A DNA stretch of 64,000 nt from Camelus dromedarius (lineage: Eukaryota). Positions 1 through 14,586 of this stretch are shown here, one piece after another. The position numbers were made by a program, and so were the translations under genes. The notes beneath the pieces were generated by a model. That model made no database searches and was not told the DNA's origin. It was given only the letters and a program-made list of their open reading frames with translations. The first letter of the stretch is position 1. The number at the start of each line of letters is the position of its first letter. The DNA lies in NCBI RefSeq assembly GCF_036321535.1, contig NC_087436.1, positions 75,890,001 through 75,954,000 on the forward strand, written 5' to 3'.

Positions 1-269
1 AAGTTGCTCAGTAGCTCAGAGTTAACTGCTTAGAGTAGGGTGAATTTATGCTAAGAGTTAGTTAATTCTCATTGTTAATTTTATAGGGAGGTAGTAAAGT
101 ACATCTGAGCTTGCAATATAAATCAGTAGGAACATGGGTTATTTAAACACGGTATCTCATTTGCAGAAATTATCTGTGGCAACCCAGTAACTTATAAGCT
201 AAAGTTCCCGAGAAATTAGAGTGAGCAGAAGTGGAGGATTTGACAAAGATATTGACAACTGTTACTATT

Positions 270-1720
270 CCATAACTATTTATTAAATGCCTTTTTTTTA
301 TGCCTGGCTCTGTACTAGGTGCTATATATATATACAGTGGAAAACAAACATATTTCTCTGACCTCATAGAACTCACAGTCTCATGTAGAAGATAAATATT
401 AAACAAACAAGAATAATCAGGTTAATATAGTTAACAATTTTGATAATTGTCATGAAACTAAAGCACAGGGTTTTATGAGAGGATAACTGATTTTGTTTTA
501 TATTGGAAGATGAAGTATTTTTTTGGACATTTTAATAGGGATCTAAAGTATGAGAAAAGTTCAGTAAAGGCAGAGGTGTGAAAATGGGGTGGTGTGAAGT
601 ATGTCATGAAGAAGTAAGTTCCTGTGTAGGGGAGAATTTCAGGAACTGAAGTCTGTCCATAGCTATGGGCTATAGTGAGTGAATCCCATGGAAGCAGGAC
701 TCAAGATGATTTTGGGGAGATGATCGGGATCCCAGGCTTTGTATGCCATGTTGGGGATTTTAGATTTTTATCTGAAAGTGCAGCAGGAAGCTACTGAAGG
801 ATTTAAATTAGGGCTGTAACATGCTCTGATTTATATTTTCGTCAGGTCATGGTGTTGCTCGAGACTGACAGGCATACAGATTAGGTGATTAGTTAAGATG
901 GTGGCTGTGGGGATGGAGACCAGTGTTATTCATGCTTAAATGAGGAGACCTGTTGGTGAACTGGATAGGAAAGGGAGTGTTGTAGGAAGTGTGAAGAATG
1001 ACTTCCTTATGCAACTCTTGGATGGTGGTGCCATTTACTGAGATGGGGAAGAGTAAAGAAGGAACACATTTTTGAGGGGGTGGGTTGGGAGGATATCCTG
1101 TAATTCCAGACCTGTTTAGCTGAGGTAACTGGGAGGAAATAAATGTCAAGTGGGAAGTTTAATAGATGGTGTGGAGCTCAGCAAAGGTGTTTGGGTACCT
1201 TTAGAGTCAGGTATTTCTGATCAGTGAGCATTTGGCTGTTATTTTCATCCTTGGGAGGGGTTGAATATAGGGAGAGAGTGTTGAATGAGAATGATAAGGC
1301 GCTCATGAATGACTCCTGGGAACATTGATCTCAAACATTAGAGTTCATCAGAATCATTTATTGGAGGCTGTGGTAAACCACAGATTGCTGGGGCTTGGTA
1401 AAACACAGATTGCTGAGCCCAACCTCCAAAGTTGATTTTGTATGTCTGGGCGGAGCCCATAATTTGCATGTCTGCCAGCTTGCTCATCAATGCACACACT
1501 ACTGGTTCAGGAACGATACCTTGAGAACTGGTGATTTAGAGTAGGCAGAGACTCAAAGGGAGCTGCCGAGAGTCATAAGGAATACCAGGAAAATCTGATG
1601 CCTGGAGACTCAGGCATGAAGGGGAAGGAGCAAACAGTCGCTGAGAAGTCATCTTACTTGATCCATTTTTTAGGATCCTTAACCTACCTTCTAAATCTTT
1701 GCTGTAGTTGTTTCCTGAGA
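270..1720 (-). mobile_element. L2 LINE fragment with nested MER5A-like element (~1325-1534)
   Basis: Antisense L2 motifs (tggtggtgccatttactgagatgggg); MER5 core aaacacagattgctg...ttgagaac. Confidence 0.7.
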
Positions 1721-4700
1721 ATACTCTTGGCTCCATCCACAGTGTGCTTCTCTCCTCCTTGTTCTGTGACTGAGCCTTGTGTTTGCCTCTCACTCTGCCT
1801 TTGCCTGTCTGATTCTAGCTTCCTAACTGCTGTTTACATCACTCCCTTCTTCCTGTGGACATTTGTAGCTATTTGCTTTTTACCCCCTTATCACCTTTAA
1901 TCTTTTGTCTTGAGATACAGTTATGCAAGCACTTGGAAACGCTAAGGTGATTAATTATTGTTCCTGTCTCAACGCCTCTAGCAGATAGTAAAATTCTTGA
2001 GGCTAGAAGGACTCTGTCTTAATTGCTTTTTGTGTCACAAAAATTGCCTCACATATCACGGACATTCAGCATTTTTCGAAGGAAATGATTTTTGAATCTT
2101 TTTTTTTTCTTTTAAGGCAGAGAATACTTTAATAGAATTCAAGAACTAATTAGCAAATTAAGAAGCACCAATGGAGGGTTCTTTAATTCTTTTCCCCTCA
2201 GAGGTCTTCTGCGGGGGCCTGGAGACATTGATTTGTACTTTGGTGAACACAAAGTTTGAAGACAAAAGTTTGTTGAAGGCGAAGTGCCATTTCAGTTAGC
2301 TTCCTTGAAACAGCAAAGAAAGAATAACGTGGCTGCCCCCTTAAGTTTTCTTTCTCTATTGGCATTATATTTTTCTTTATTTAGCAAGGGTGGCCGAGTT
2401 AAATGAAAAGTATTTTTACATGCAATTCTGAAATTGTTTTCTATTCTACAGTTGATTTTGAAAGCCTTTTTGGATGATGAACTTTTTCAGCACAGTCTTG
2501 TTTATCTCTGTATCCTTAATTCCTGTCTAGCAATTTTTTGTTATGGTTGAATTAAACTATCAGGAAACATTGTTTCCTTTTCTATAACACGGAGTTATTA
2601 TCTATTATGAAGATGAATAATGTGTGATATTAACAAGATAACGTGTGACAGTACCTAACAGTGCATGCCAAATCTCTCAGTAAATATGGGTCAGTATTAA
2701 GTTCAGATTTGGTTATAAGCTTTCAGTGAAATCTGACTCTGGCCTTATGGTAACTGGCTTTTATATTAGGTATTACATTTATCCTGAATTCAGTATCACA
2801 TTTATGTTTGTAAAATATCGTAATTGTTTTGATTAGGTAATTATTATATGACAGCCACATATCATTTTAAAATTTCAATCAGGCTTACAGAAGTTTGATC
2901 TTGATATAAGCATATGCTTTTACAATAATATGAAAGTAATTTACAGCAGAGGATATTATGTAGAATCTAATTAACACATAACTTCTCTTTTGGGTTGTTT
3001 ATGTTATCATTGTAGGGATAGCTCCTAGGATGTAATTTTGATTGTCTGCTGATACACTTTCTCTAGAGATGGCAGTTTTATTCAAGGACAAAATATTAAT
3101 AGTAAAACAATTCCCAGTTTTGAATATTTCAAAAATACGTAATGGAAACTATACATTTATCTCCAGTAAAGGTGCTAAATTGCACTAATATGTCAAATTG
3201 CTTTGCTTTTAGCTGTAGTCAACTTTGTGTGGTTAGGGCTGACATTTTCATGCTGAGCCAATTGGAGAGGTTGTCTTTGGTCATTAAAAAATAATGGAAA
3301 TAAATTAATGTTTTTTAGTGGCTTTCCATTATGGGTTCCACAGGAGGGAAAAACAGAAAATTGATGTTGTTAGTATTAAGGAAGATAGAAGGCAGAATTG
3401 ATGTCCATCCTTACATGGATTCCTGATCTTTGACGTTCTTTACTGATCTTGTATATTATCTGGGTTTCTCTTTCACCCCTTCCCTCCTGTGGTTTTTTTT
3501 TTTTTTTGTCAAAACTTAAACTAGAGCGTATACATTTTTTAGAAAACATTTGGTAGCTATCAAAATGATTAAAGCCTTGATGTGGAATTTTGAAATTGAG
3601 TCTGAATGGCAATTTCAAAGCTGCATAAGGTTTCATATGCAGGGGCTTGAGACTGCTCATTCCTTGCTTTTATTCTGCATCCATCTGGTGAACCATTCAT
3701 GTACCCACAAGCCACTATTTTTAGGGGACTGAGTTGGGAAGTTGAGTGGTTAATGACTGAGCTGTTTTAAATAGTTGGGCACTTAGTTAATTTGGAGATT
3801 CTCTGTGTGTATCATCTTTACAAATGACATCAGTCAGCACATTTCTGCTAAGTTTCGAGTCTTTCTGCAGGAAAGTGGTTGTTGGGCCTTTCCACAGAGG
3901 GACTTTGTTTTTGGAATTTTGGGTTTGTCCTAGTCTTGTAGAATTCCAATAACACTAAGAGCATAGTTTGGATGTAGCGTTTAGGAGAGGCATTTTGCAA
4001 TGGATATTATTTTAAAATGTGAAACAATTCTTGCTACTAGTTTTCCTATTTTAACATTTTATTAAGTTTTGAAATGATGCCTTCTTGGAGGCAACTATTA
4101 AAAAAAAACAAACAAAAAAACAAGGAAATTGGACTAGCTGCTAATCCCAATTAATGCCACTAACTCACTTTATGACATTTGACCTCAGTTTCCTCAAGAA
4201 AAAAAATGAAGTGGGTAAAGATGAATCTGTAACATCTTTTTCCGATTTTAGCATTCTCTGATTCTGTCTGTGTAACTGATTCTTACTTCTCCAGCTGATA
4301 AGAGGGGAGCATGGGAAAGGAGGGGTAATGATGAACAATTTTAGGATTGAGACCATAGTGAAAAGATTGTTTGATTATCATGCATTTGAGTTCTTTGGCA
4401 AACTTCAACATAGGAGAGCAATTTATTTTTTATCCCATGATATAAAATTGTTTCTTAATCATTGGGAAAATGCCTTTTCTAAGAAGTTGCCTTATGTGGT
4501 ATCCTTGAGATAGGAGATCAAATAAAATTGTGTGGCATTTCAGAGTGCTGTTTGTTTCAAAGGATGTGCCACCTTAGTTGCTGTTTTTGGCATTTTAATA
4601 ATTTGGGTTCATTCTCCAAGTGACTCATTGGTAATATATGTATTTAGGAGGGTATCTGGAAGTAAATGTTGTCATTTTTTACATTTTTATTTGTAAAGAA

Positions 4701-7700
4701 TATGTGAGGAAGGGTTATGGTAAACTTTCTCTGACTGAGTTTATGGATAGAAAGTTTAGCCATGACATGTGTGAGGAATTAGTTACTTTTTGTTTCTAGT
4801 GCTGTCAGGTGTAGTTTGGGTCCCTATTACTTCTTAGAGAATTATGTTCTCATGTGGACTTTTCCTCTCAGGCTCTTTATTCATGAAATCTGCTTTTGTA
4901 TTCCCTCCAATTTATTCTTCCTGAAGTGGACTTCTGAAGTACAAACTCATTCCTCTGGGATTCAAGGTCCTCTGTAATGTGACTCCAAGCCCCTCTCTAG
5001 CCTTCATCTCTCATGGTAACCTTAGTTAGGTGTGTATTATTGCTGCACATGTACTTGATATTTTCTGCACTTCTCTCATACTTTCTCATTCCTATTTTTC
5101 AATTTATATTATTACCATTGCCTGGAATGCAGACACCTGCCTCCCCAATTCTGTTGAAATGGAGTCTTGCAGCATGCAGTTAAAATACAGTTACTTTTTT
5201 GCAATCTTTATTTTTTCGTGAAACCCCATTTGCACCCAAATGAGTGTAATTACACCTTCCCTTGATGCCCTGTGTAGCAACTGTTGCTCGTATTGCACTT
5301 GTTTTGCATAGCTTTGTTCTCGTACAATAAAATGTCTAATAAAAAGTTTCCTGTAAGATTAAGAGCTCCTTTAAGATTTGGCTTACACGCATCTTTTATC
5401 TCTTGCAGTGCTGTACTTACGATAGGTACTCAGTACATTTGTAAGTGATTGAGTTCTTGACTTGAAAAGCAGTCAGAAGACCTGTAAAAATTTACTGTAA
5501 ATCAATTGTATAACAACAGTATTTGTCAAATCCAAAACAGTATTTGTTCAGTTGACATTTAGGAGCAGATTGGCCCTGTTTTTTAAGGTATGTCCCTTTA
5601 TAGAAAGTAAAATAAGTAGATAGAGATATTTGATAATAATGTAGGTATAACATTACATAGATGGATTAAAAAAATGACCAAATTTATTTTTGGATTCTTA
5701 GCCTGCTCTGTTTCTGTTATGATTACACAAATAGTACATATTTGTTTTGTGGGTACTGCATTATTCCTCTTATTTGGTATGATTCTCAGAAATATTCTAG
5801 TCGAAGCTCCCTTGACCCGGGTCATCTTTAAGAATCTCACTTCTGTGGGACAAAGAGAGCAAGCTGCAGATGTGCTCTGAGTACCTAATCTTAAGGAAGT
5901 AATAGTATGGAAATGGTCAAGTGGCTGTGACTTTCTCTAGAGTGGCTGGTAGTACCAAGGTGTGATGCAACAGCCAGTGTCTAAGAGAATGAGAGGTTAA
6001 CAAGAAGGGGATCTCATCTCCTTAATGCTTTGGGTGAAGGAAACACATGATCATTACTTTGGGGGACCCCTCTAACTAGTCTGTATGTTATTGGGGGTGC
6101 TCATTTTCCAGGTAGAGAAACACTGAAATTTTTTATAGATCAAAGAATTTGTTAAGTCTAGCATAATAGACCAGAGGGTAGCAAACAAAGTCTTTATGTA
6201 GTTTTGTTAGTAAGTAATCATTATCACCCTCAACATCTTGTGTTTCTTCTTTGGTACCCTGGAAGAGAGGTTTCCAAGACTCCACTTCCCTTGCCTAATT
6301 GCTGCATTTATGTATTTTCCTTAATTCTTATTTTAAAATTTTTATTCTTTTAAAAAATTTTTATGGCTGGGCCATTGTTAGGGCTGACTAGAGCTTTTTT
6401 CCATACCTAAGTATTGTCTTTTAAATGAGATGGTTGGTGGTTAGTCTAAATTTTACTTTTCATTCTGGAGTCATTAAGGTATTAGTACTGAAATGACTTA
6501 CACATGATACAGTAAAATATTTTATTTAATGAGTGTTGTCAGGACTGTTTTTCTAGGGAGTGGGATTACGCATCACTGGCCATGACCCACTTTCTCAGTC
6601 TCTGGCCTACATAGCAGAATCTCTCCTACTGAATGTTAATGGTCTATTCTTTGTGTACAAAAAAATGATGCCACTGACTCATGCTCAGTAGGACATGTGT
6701 TTTGAGTTATTTTTCCAGAAGTTGGATGTGTGTGTGCTCAGCTGTGCATAGGCTTTTAATGGTCTCTTTTGTGATCAATAACAGAAGTTTGTAAGATAGT
6801 TAACCGGCGTTGCAGTGCAGCAATGTAGATCTAGATAGGTTTTTTGTTTGTTTACCAACTAGCCTAGTTCAAATCCTAGTGAATGGTTACCTAGATTGTT
6901 AAATCTTTGTTAATTTTTCATCTTTTAGCAGAGTATTATTTATACAGTTCTAAGGATCTCAATCCAAATTGATGGTTATATATTTTTAAAAAACCCAGTG
7001 AAGCTAGCTGTTACAGGATTTATGTTTTTCAGTTCACTGAAGTGGGAACTTAAGAAATGTTGCCGATCCATGGATTTTAAAAAATGCGTTTGTGTGTGGC
7101 ATTTTGCCAATAGTACCCTGTCCCTAAGGAATATTGGAAGCGAGTTTGCAAGGTGCTATATGAACCCATCGTGTTCAAAGTTGGATGTAACTATTTTAAT
7201 GTCCCACAAATTTCTGCCATGAGAACCTGCTGTTTCAGAATCAAGGTTCAAATGTGTTCTCACTTTAGAGTAGTGGCTGTCTTTCTTAGTAAAGGCTACA
7301 TGTATAAAAGGTTGTGGTGGGTCTTTATGGATATTTTGAGGTCAATTCTACTGAGTTTTGCATTTTGAAAGACTAAATATAGGAATGGGGTGATGGATTG
7401 TGTACAGGAATCTGAATTAAGGCTAAGACCTTCTCAGCTTCCTTCAGAGAATATCCCAAGTAGTCTATTAACTGCCTTTGGTGTTGTTGGACTAACAGTC
7501 TTTCTTTTGAAATGCTAGTGCGTCATTAAATCTCCCATAATTGTAGCAATTATCCAATTTTAGTTCCCTTATTTAACTATGAGAAAGTAGAGTAAGGGAT
7601 AAACCCAAAAGTCACACTGTTGGTGTTGGTTATGGAGAGCAGAATTTAAGTCCCAGGACTTTAATTTAGCACTCTTTCCACTACATGTGGCCTGCTTAAT

Positions 7701-8589
7701 TAGCTCCTGTGCACGTCAAGCATTGGCCTTTGCTTGGAGTGGGACCTTGAGCAGGCTTAAGGGACTAGGGGACTTCTAATATTCTGGAGGCAGCTGGAGT
7801 ATTAATGGGTGCCTGAGGAGTCTGAGGTGGAGGAGGTATTCACAAACATTTTTGAGTTAAGGCTTTCCCACTTTGCTCTTTCCTAAGGCCATCAGAACAT
7901 GTGCTGCAGTTGTTTGAGATGTCAGAATTAACATTAAAAAGTTTAAAATTGCAACTGCCCCCGAAATAGTCTGTTTTCTCAGTCTAGAAAGATTCAGTCT
8001 TAGTGAAATAATTTGTGAACTGTAAAATCAGTAACATAAAATTGCTTTACTTCAGCTTTGTCAGTTGAATCTAGCATAGTAATATCTAGGACCTGCTGCT
8101 GGGGAGGAAAGGAAGTGAAAAGAAGAGAAATAGCTGAATTCTTATCCCCCGACTCCTTCTGTTCCTAGTTCAAGGTTATGGAGTCTGAGGAGGTATAATA
8201 TCAAATGCCCTTTTGCATTTCCTTTAACCATTATGTGCTCCATTTGTTCAAAAGAAAAAGGAAAGACACAGGTTCTTTTAAATTTTTAGTTTATTAGATC
8301 GTAACACAAATGCATTTGACTTAAACGTGGAATACTATACTTCTGAGTCTGCAGAAAATAAATTCATGTGACATCATACAACAATTTTCTTAAAAATGAC
8401 ATGATGAGAAATGACTGACATTACTTCTATGATATATTTGGCATATTTTATACATGTGCAAGTGAAAAGTTAAGTTAAAAGAAAAGTTATATCAAAAAAA
8501 TTTTAAAATATTTTTCATTAAACTATGGGATTATCACCATCATTATCAAGAAGCATTTATCTAGTATCTGTATTTTTCTAAGTAGAGTT

Positions 8590-8880
8590 TTTTTTAATTG
8601 AGATATAACTGACATATATTAGTTTCAGATGTACAACATGATTCCATACTTGTCTATATTGTGAAATGATCACCACAGTAAGTCTAGTTGACATCTGTCA
8701 CCACATTTACAATTTTTTTTCTTGTGATGAGAACTTTTAATATCTACTCTCTTGACAACTTTCATATACACATAGTTACAATTTTTTTTCTTGTGATGAG
8801 AAGTTTTAATATCTACTCTCTTGACGGCATACAGTAACATTAACTATAGTCTCAGTGCTGCACATTACATCCCTAGGACT
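8590..8880 (-). mobile_element. L1 3'-end fragment with internal 50-bp duplication
   Basis: L1 3'UTR sequence; 8707-8756 repeated at 8776-8825 with 1 mismatch. Confidence 0.75.
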
Positions 8881-9481
8881 GAGAGCTTTTTTATAAGCTG
8901 GAGTGTAACTCCCTTTGCCCCCATCTATCTCTAATAATCTGTCTCTCCTTTACTTCCAACTTTAGAGACTGTACCCTCTGATTGTATTTTCCCTCCTGTT
9001 TCTTCTCCATCAATTACCTGATTTTTCTTCTATCTTCTACTTCTTCCTTATTATCTACTGTGTCTGCTCAGCATATCAACCTGTTTGTTTCTATCATCTT
9101 GAAAGACAAAACAAGCAAAAGCAAAAATAAAGCCTATTTGTGGTCTTTGTGTCTCTTTTTTTCTTCTTTTAACATTTTTTTATTGATTTATAATCATTTT
9201 ACAATGTTGTGTCAAATTCCAGTGTTCAGCACAATTTTTCAGTTATTCATGGACATATACACACTCATTGTCACATTTTTTTCTCTGTGAGTTATCATAA
9301 CATTTTGTGTATATTTCCCTGTGCTATACAGTGTAGTCTATTCTACAATTTTGAAATCCCAGTCTATCCCTTCCCACCCTCCACCCCCCTGGTAACCACA
9401 AGTCTGTATTCTCTGTCTGTGAGTCTATTTCTGTCCTTTATTTACGCTTTGTTTTTGTTTGTTTGTTTTTGTTTTTGTTTT

Positions 9482-12400
9482 TTAGATTACACATATGAGC
9501 AATCTCATATGGTATTTTTCTTTCTCTTTCTGGCTTACTTCACTTAGAATGACATTCTCCAGGAGCATCCATGTTGCTGCAAATGGCATTATGTTGTCGG
9601 TTTTTATGGCTGAGTAGTATTCCATTGTATAAATATACCACATCTTCTTTATCCAGTCACCTGTTGATGGACATTTAGGCTGTTTCCATGTGTTGGCTAT
9701 TGTAAATAGTGCTGCTATGAACATTGGGGTGCAGGTGTCATCCTGAAGTAGATTTCCTTCTGGATACAAGCCCAGGAGTGGAATTCCTGGGTCATATGGT
9801 AAGTCTATTCCTAGTCTTTTGAGGAATCTCCACACTGTTTTCCATAGTGGCTGCACCAAACTGCATTCCCACCAGCAGTGTAGGAGGGTTCCCCTTTCTC
9901 CACAGCCTCTCCAGCATTTGTCATTTGTGGATTTTTGAATGACGGCCATTCTGACTGGTGTGAGGTGATACCTCATTGTAGTTTTGATTTGCATTTCTCT
10001 GATAATTAGTGATATTGAGCACTTTTTCATGTGCTTTTTGATCATTTGTATATCTTCCTTGGAGAATTGCTTGTTTAGGTCTTCTGCCCATTTTTGGATT
10101 GGGTTGTTTATTTTTTTCTTATTGAGTCGTATGAGCTACTTATATATTCTGGAGATCAAGCCTTTGTCGGTTTCACTTGCAAAAATTTTTTCCCATTCTG
10201 TAGGTTTTCTTCTTGTTTTATTTCTGGTTTCCTTTGCTGTGCAGAAGCTTGTAAGTTTCATTAGGTCCCATTTGTTTATTCTTGCTTTTATTTCTTCTAG
10301 GAGAAAATTTTTGAGATGTATGTCAGATAATGTTTTGCCTATGTTTTCCTCTAGGAGGTTTATTGTATCTTGTCTTATGTTTAAGTCTTTAATCCATTTT
10401 GAGTTGATTTTTGTATATGGTGTAAGGGAGTGTTCTAGCTTCATTGTTTTTCATGCTGCTGTCCAGTTTTCCCAACACCATTTGCTGAAGAGACTGTCTT
10501 TATTCCATTGTATATTCTTGCCTCCTTTGTCAAAGATGAGTTGACCAAAAGTTTGTGGGTTCATTTCTGGGCTCTCTATTCTGTTCCATTGGTCTATATG
10601 TCTGTTTTGGTACCAATACCATGCTGTCTTGATGACTGTAGCTCTATAGTATTGTCTGAAGTCTGGGAGAGTTATTCCTCCAGCCTCTTTCTTTCTCTTC
10701 AGTAATGCTTTGGCAATTCTAGGTCTTTGATGGTTCCATATGAATTTTATTATGATTTGTTCCAGTTCTGTGAAATATGTCCTGGGTAATTGGATAGGGA
10801 TTGCATTAAATCTGTAGATTGCCTTGGGCAGTGTGACCATTTTAACAATATTGATTCTTCCAATCCAAGAGCATGGAATATCTTTCCATTTTTTAAAGTC
10901 TTCTTTAATTTCCTTCATCAATGGTTTATAGTTTTCTGTGTATAATTCTTTCACCTCCTTGGTTAGATTTATTCCCAGATATTTTATTACTTTGGGTGCT
11001 ATTTTAAAGGGGATTGTTTCTTTACTTTCTTCTTCTGTTGATTTATCATTAGTGTAAAGAAATGCAACTGATTTTTGAACGTTAATTTTGTAACCTGCTA
11101 CCTTGCTGAATTCTTCAATCAGCTCTAGTAGCTTTTGTGTGGACCTTTTAGGGTTTTCTATATATAGTAACATGTCATTAGCATATAATGACACTTTTAC
11201 CTCTTCTTTTCCAATTTGGATCCCTTTTATTTCTTTCTCTTGCCTGACTGCTGTGGCTAGGACTTCCAGGACTATGTTGAATAGGAGTGGTGATAGTGGG
11301 CATCCTTGTCTTGTCCCAGATTTTAGTGGGAAGCTTTTGAGTTTTTCACCGTTGAGTACTATGCTGGCTGTAGGTTTGTCATATATAGCTTTTATTATGT
11401 TGAGATATGTTCCCTCTATACCCACTTTGGCAAGAGTTTTTTTTATCATAAATGGGTGTTGAATTTTATCAAATGCTTTTTCTGCATCGATTGAGATGAT
11501 CATGTGGTTTTTGTCCTTTCTCTTGTTGATGTGATGTGTTACACTGATTGATTTGTGTATGTCGAACCATCCTTGTGTCCCTGGGATGAACCCCACTTGG
11601 TCATGATGTATAATCTTTTTTATGTGTTGTTGGATTCTATTTGCTAAAATTTTGGTGAGGATTTTGGCGTCTATGTTCATCAGTGATATTGGCCTATAAT
11701 TCTCTTTTTTTGTAGTGTCTTTGCCTGGTTTTGGTATCAGGGTGATGGTGGCTTCATAGAATGAGTTTGGGAGTATTTCCTCCTTTTCAATCGTCTGGAA
11801 GAGTTTGAGAAGGACTGGTATGAGTTCTTCTTTGTATGTTTGGTAGAATTCCCCGGTGAAGCCGTCCGGTCCTGGACTTTTATTTGTAGGGAGGTTTTTA
11901 ATTGCTATTTCTATTTCCTTTCTAGTGATCGGATTGTTCAAGTGTTCAGATTCTTCTTGATTCAGTGTTGGTGGACAGTATGTTTCCAGAAACTTGTCCA
12001 TCTCCTCTAGGTTATCCAGTTTGGTTCCATATAGTTTTTCATAATATTCTCGTATGATATTCTGTATTTCTATTTTGTTTGTTCTAATTTCTCCATTTTC
12101 CTTTCTTATTTTGCTAATTTGTGCTCTCTCTTTTTTCTTCTTTATGAGTTTGGACAGAGGTTTGTCGATTTTATTTACTTTTTCAGAAAACCAGCTTTTG
12201 GTTTGGTTGATTTTTTCTATGGTCTTGTTAATCTCTATTGTATTTAATTCCTCTCTGATCTTTATTATTTCCTTCCTTCTGCTGCTTTTTGGGGCTTTTT
12301 GTTCTTCTTTTTCTAATTCATTCAGGTGGTGGGTTAAATTGTTTCTTTGAGATTGTTCTTCTTTTTTGAGGAAGGCCTGTATCGCTATAAACTTCCCTCT

Positions 12401-13280
12401 TAGCACTGCCTTTGCTGTGTCCCATAGGTTTTGAGTGGTTGTGCTTTCATTATCATTTGTCTCAAGGTATTTTTTAATTTCAGCTTTGATTTCCTCATTG
12501 ATCCATTGTTTTTTCAATAACATATTGTTTAATCTCCATGCTTTCCTTTTTTTCTCCTTTGTTTCTCTGTTGTTGATTTCCAGTTTCATGGCATTGTGGT
12601 CAGTAAAGATGCTTGAGGTAATTTCTATCTTCTTAAAATTGTTGACGTTTCTTTTGTGCCCAAGTACATGATCGATCCTGGAAAATGTTCCGTGCACTTG
12701 AAAAGAATGTATATCCTATTTTTTGGGGGTGTAATGCTCTGAAAATATCCACCAAATCTAGTTTTTCTATTGTAGTATTTAATTTCTCTGTTGCCTTGTT
12801 TATTTTCTGTCTGGAAGATCTGTCTAGTGATGTTAATGCAGTGTTAAAATCTCCAACTATGATTGTATTCCCATCAATATCCCCCTTTATCTCTGTTAGT
12901 AATTCTTGTATGTACTTAGGTGCTCCTATATTGGGTGCGTATATATTAACAAGTGTAATATCCTCATCTTGTATCACTCCTTTAATCATTATAAAATGTC
13001 CTTCTTTATCTTTCTTTATGGCCTTTGTTTTAAAGTCTATTTTGTCTGAAATCAGTACTGCAACACCTGCTTTTTTGGCTTTTCCATTTGCATGTAATAT
13101 CCTTTTCCATCCTTTCACTCTCAATCTATATGTGTCCTTCTCCCTAAAGTGGGTCTCTTGTATGCAGCATATTGAAGGTTCTTGCTTTATTATCCAGTCT
13201 GCCACTCTGTGTCTTTTGACTGGAGCATTTAGTCCATTAACATTTACAGTAATTAATGATAGATGTGTGTTTATTGCCAT
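9482..13280 (-). pseudogene. L1 ORF2p (APE endonuclease, reverse transcriptase, C-terminal Cys-rich domain), disrupted
   Basis: NVNGLN, IQETH, GDFNT, QGCPLSP and CWRGC...HCWWEC motifs present; frameshift near 12691, in-frame stops at 10451-10453 and 10136-10138; RT motif reads YAND. Confidence 0.94.
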
Positions 13281-13685
13281 TTTGAACTTATCTTTGCAGT
13301 TGAATTGGTATATCCTCTTTGTTCCTTTCTTCTTCCTTTTGTGGTTTGGTAATTTTCCTTTGTATTATCATGGATTTTATTTAATTTTTGTGACTGCTTT
13401 GTAAATTTTTGGCTTGTGGTTACCCTTTTTTGTAAATCTGTCAACCCATGACTATAACTGTTTTTATTAAACTGATAGTAACATGATCTCAAACCCATCC
13501 TACTGTTAAAAAAATTTAAAAAAGAAAGAAAAAAAATATTCTATATTTCCCTGCCTCCCTCTCCCACTCTCAGTGATTTGTATGTCTTCTTTTATAATTT
13601 CATGTTTACTTTATTTGTAATTCATGAGTTACCACCTTTCCAGTTGTGTGTTTCTCATTTCTGTAGCATCCTGCTGCTTTTCTAT

Positions 13686-14586
13686 TTAGGTTAGCCCTTT
13701 CAATATTTCTTTTAGCATGGGTTTAGTGTTGCTAAACTCCTGCAGCTTTTTTTGGTCTGTGAAACTCTTTATTTCTCCTTCTATCCTCAAGGATAGCCTT
13801 GCTGGATAAAGGATCCTAGGCTGCATCTTTTTTTCATTCAGGGCTTTGAATATATCTTGCCACTCCCTTCTGGCCTGTAGTGTTTGTGTAGAGAAATCAG
13901 CTGAGAGCCTTATGGGGGTTCCCTTGTAACTTACTCTTTGCTTTTCTCTTGCTGCCTTTAGAATCATTTCTTTATCCTTGACTCTGGCCATCTTGATTAT
14001 GATATGTCTTGGTGTGGGTCTATTTGGGTTCTTCCTTTTTGGGACCCTCTGAGCTTCCTGTACTTAGATATCTGATTCCTTCTTTAAGTTTGGGAAGTTT
14101 TCAGTCATGATTTCTTCAAAAACCTTTTCAATCCCCTTTGATCTTTCTTCTTCTGGGACCCCTATTATGCGAAGATTGGGACGCTTTATATTATCCCATA
14201 GGTCCCTTATGCTATTTTCATTATTTTTTATTTGCTTCTCTTGTAGTTCTTCTGAATGGGTGCTTTCTATTGCCCTGTCTTCTAGATCACTAATTCGTTC
14301 CTCTGCATTATCTAGTCGGCTTTGCACAGCTATTGGATCATTCCTCATCTCTGTCAATGAGTTTACCCATTCTACTTGGCTCTTCTTTATAGCTTCAATT
14401 TCATTTTTTGACATATTTTATATCTCTAAACACTATCTCTTTTAATTCCTTCAGCAATTCGATCACTCCTTTTTTGAAATCTTGATCTAGTAGGCTATCG
14501 ATGTCTATTTCGTTGATCTTTCTTTCAGGGGATTTCTCTTGTTCTTTTAATTGGGAAAGGTTTTTCTGCTTCTTCATCTTGCTCAT
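13686..14586 (-). pseudogene. L1 ORF1p (coiled coil, RRM, CTD), disrupted
   Basis: Three ORF pieces (MSKMKKQKN..., LWDNIKRPNLRIIGVPE, ARREW...YPARLS); frameshift in an A-run near 14405 and in-frame TAA at 14064-14066. Confidence 0.92.

Noticed and set aside
3060..3078. CTCF-like motif ctctagagatggcagt
   Set aside because: Only the 3' half fits the consensus; a single motif cannot be supported without ChIP or conservation data
9984..13404. Long + strand ORFs of 98-239 aa (e.g. 9984-10544, 12685-13404)
   Set aside because: Antisense shadows of L1 ORF2; F/S/L/I-rich and typical of L1 reverse frames
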